DNA of 63,189 bases, counting the filler, from Octopus bimaculoides (lineage: Eukaryota), in the NCBI RefSeq assembly GCF_001194135.2. It is 4 parts of 4 records of this genome, joined end to end, with 100 filler letters (N's around TTAATTAATTAA, not from the genome) between each part and the next. Parts side by side here need not be neighbours in the genome. Positions count along the whole stretch, not along the records: positions 55,043 to 63,189 come from NC_069000.1; 3 more parts are not named here. One strand, given 5' to 3'. Numbering within the stretch: the stretch's first letter is position 1; each line of letters begins with the position of its first letter. Positions 62,536-63,189 of this stretch are shown one piece after another. The notes under the pieces were generated by a model. It did not search any database and had not been told where the DNA came from. It saw only the letters and a program-made list of their open reading frames with translations. The position numbers and the translations under genes were made by a program.

Positions 62536-62997
62536 TGTATACATACATTTAATATCTATGAGGTTTGTACGTGTATGTGTGTGTGTGTGCTTGTGCGTGA
62601 AAGTGTGCATGTGTCTATAGTTAAAGAAATAAACGTGCCAAAACTGAGACAAAAATAATGGACGAAGCATGGGAAATACTGCAAGAGAACGATATGAAAT
62701 GGATAGCTTCTGAAAATGAGAAACGAATGTGGCTTTTGGATGGGAATGACGTCAATTGCCTGCTGCACATGCGTTAGAATGAATTGATACAAGTACCGTT
62801 GTATTGAAAACGACACTCTAATATTGTTACTTTGTACCCGTATTGTTCCTACGCATACACTATACGACATGATGGAAGTTCAGATCGAGCATGTATGTAT
62901 GTATGTTATATATGTGTGTATGTATATATGAATGTTTATATATAGGTATATAGTTATGTATATTTATATTAATATACATAAATGCATGTATGTATGC

Positions 62998-63040
<43 letters not shown>

Positions 63041-63144
63041 GGAGTAAGCACATAAAATGTGCAACAAGGTGGAAAAAAGAGTACTCCAATACCAGAGGTA
63101 GAGTAATATGCTTTATTTAAAAGCAGCAGAAATGTAACAAAAGA

Positions 63145-63178
63145 CTGTTACTCGGAGTTTCACGTTCCCGTTCATCGA
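63145..63178 (-). ncRNA. Hammerhead motif cut by a perfect palindrome; element ~63040-63189
   Basis: (TC)GATGA-ACG-GGAA-CGT-GAAAC-TCCGA-GTA-ACAG, with AATAAA downstream, then (TA)n. 63164-63189 is a perfect 26-bp palindrome. Confidence 0.65.
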
Positions 63179-63189
63179 TGAACGGGAAC

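Noticed and set aside
30444-62548. Dozens of long ORFs in the track (200-450 aa)
   Set aside because: They consist of X runs across gaps or dipeptide repeats (YI, HT, CV, RE, LS) translated from microsatellites.

Overview
Eukaryotic, AT-rich, repeat-dense genomic DNA from a draft assembly. The SINE/LINE repertoire and microsatellite load point to an octopus (inference, no database search). The only host gene I can support is the 3' part of a PRMT3-like protein arginine methyltransferase on the minus strand. It has four coding exons (26902-27089, 7578-7715, 5985-6072, 5747-5856), all GT-AG and phase-consistent, giving about 174 aa with the THW loop and a 19.2-kb intron. Its 5' exons are not in the window, which is stitched from four source scaffolds by identical 100-bp linkers (44 N + TTAATTAATTAA + 44 N). 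Everything else is transposon debris: RTE LINEs with a PHD finger inside the RT, a Penelope-like element (RT + GIY-YIG), Helitrons, a hAT nested in a Tigger/pogo relic, a mariner, a Merlin-like MITE, CR1 fragments, three tRNA-derived SINE families and microsatellites. The most notable unexplained signal is about ten Penelope-type minimal hammerhead-ribozyme motifs from several families, mostly beside (TA)n tracts. They include a ~245-bp tandem unit with a hammerhead that a Helitron later split, a family with a non-canonical CUGU core, and a hammerhead cut by a perfect palindrome at the window end. Nearly all long ORFs in the supplied track are artefacts of N runs and microsatellites.
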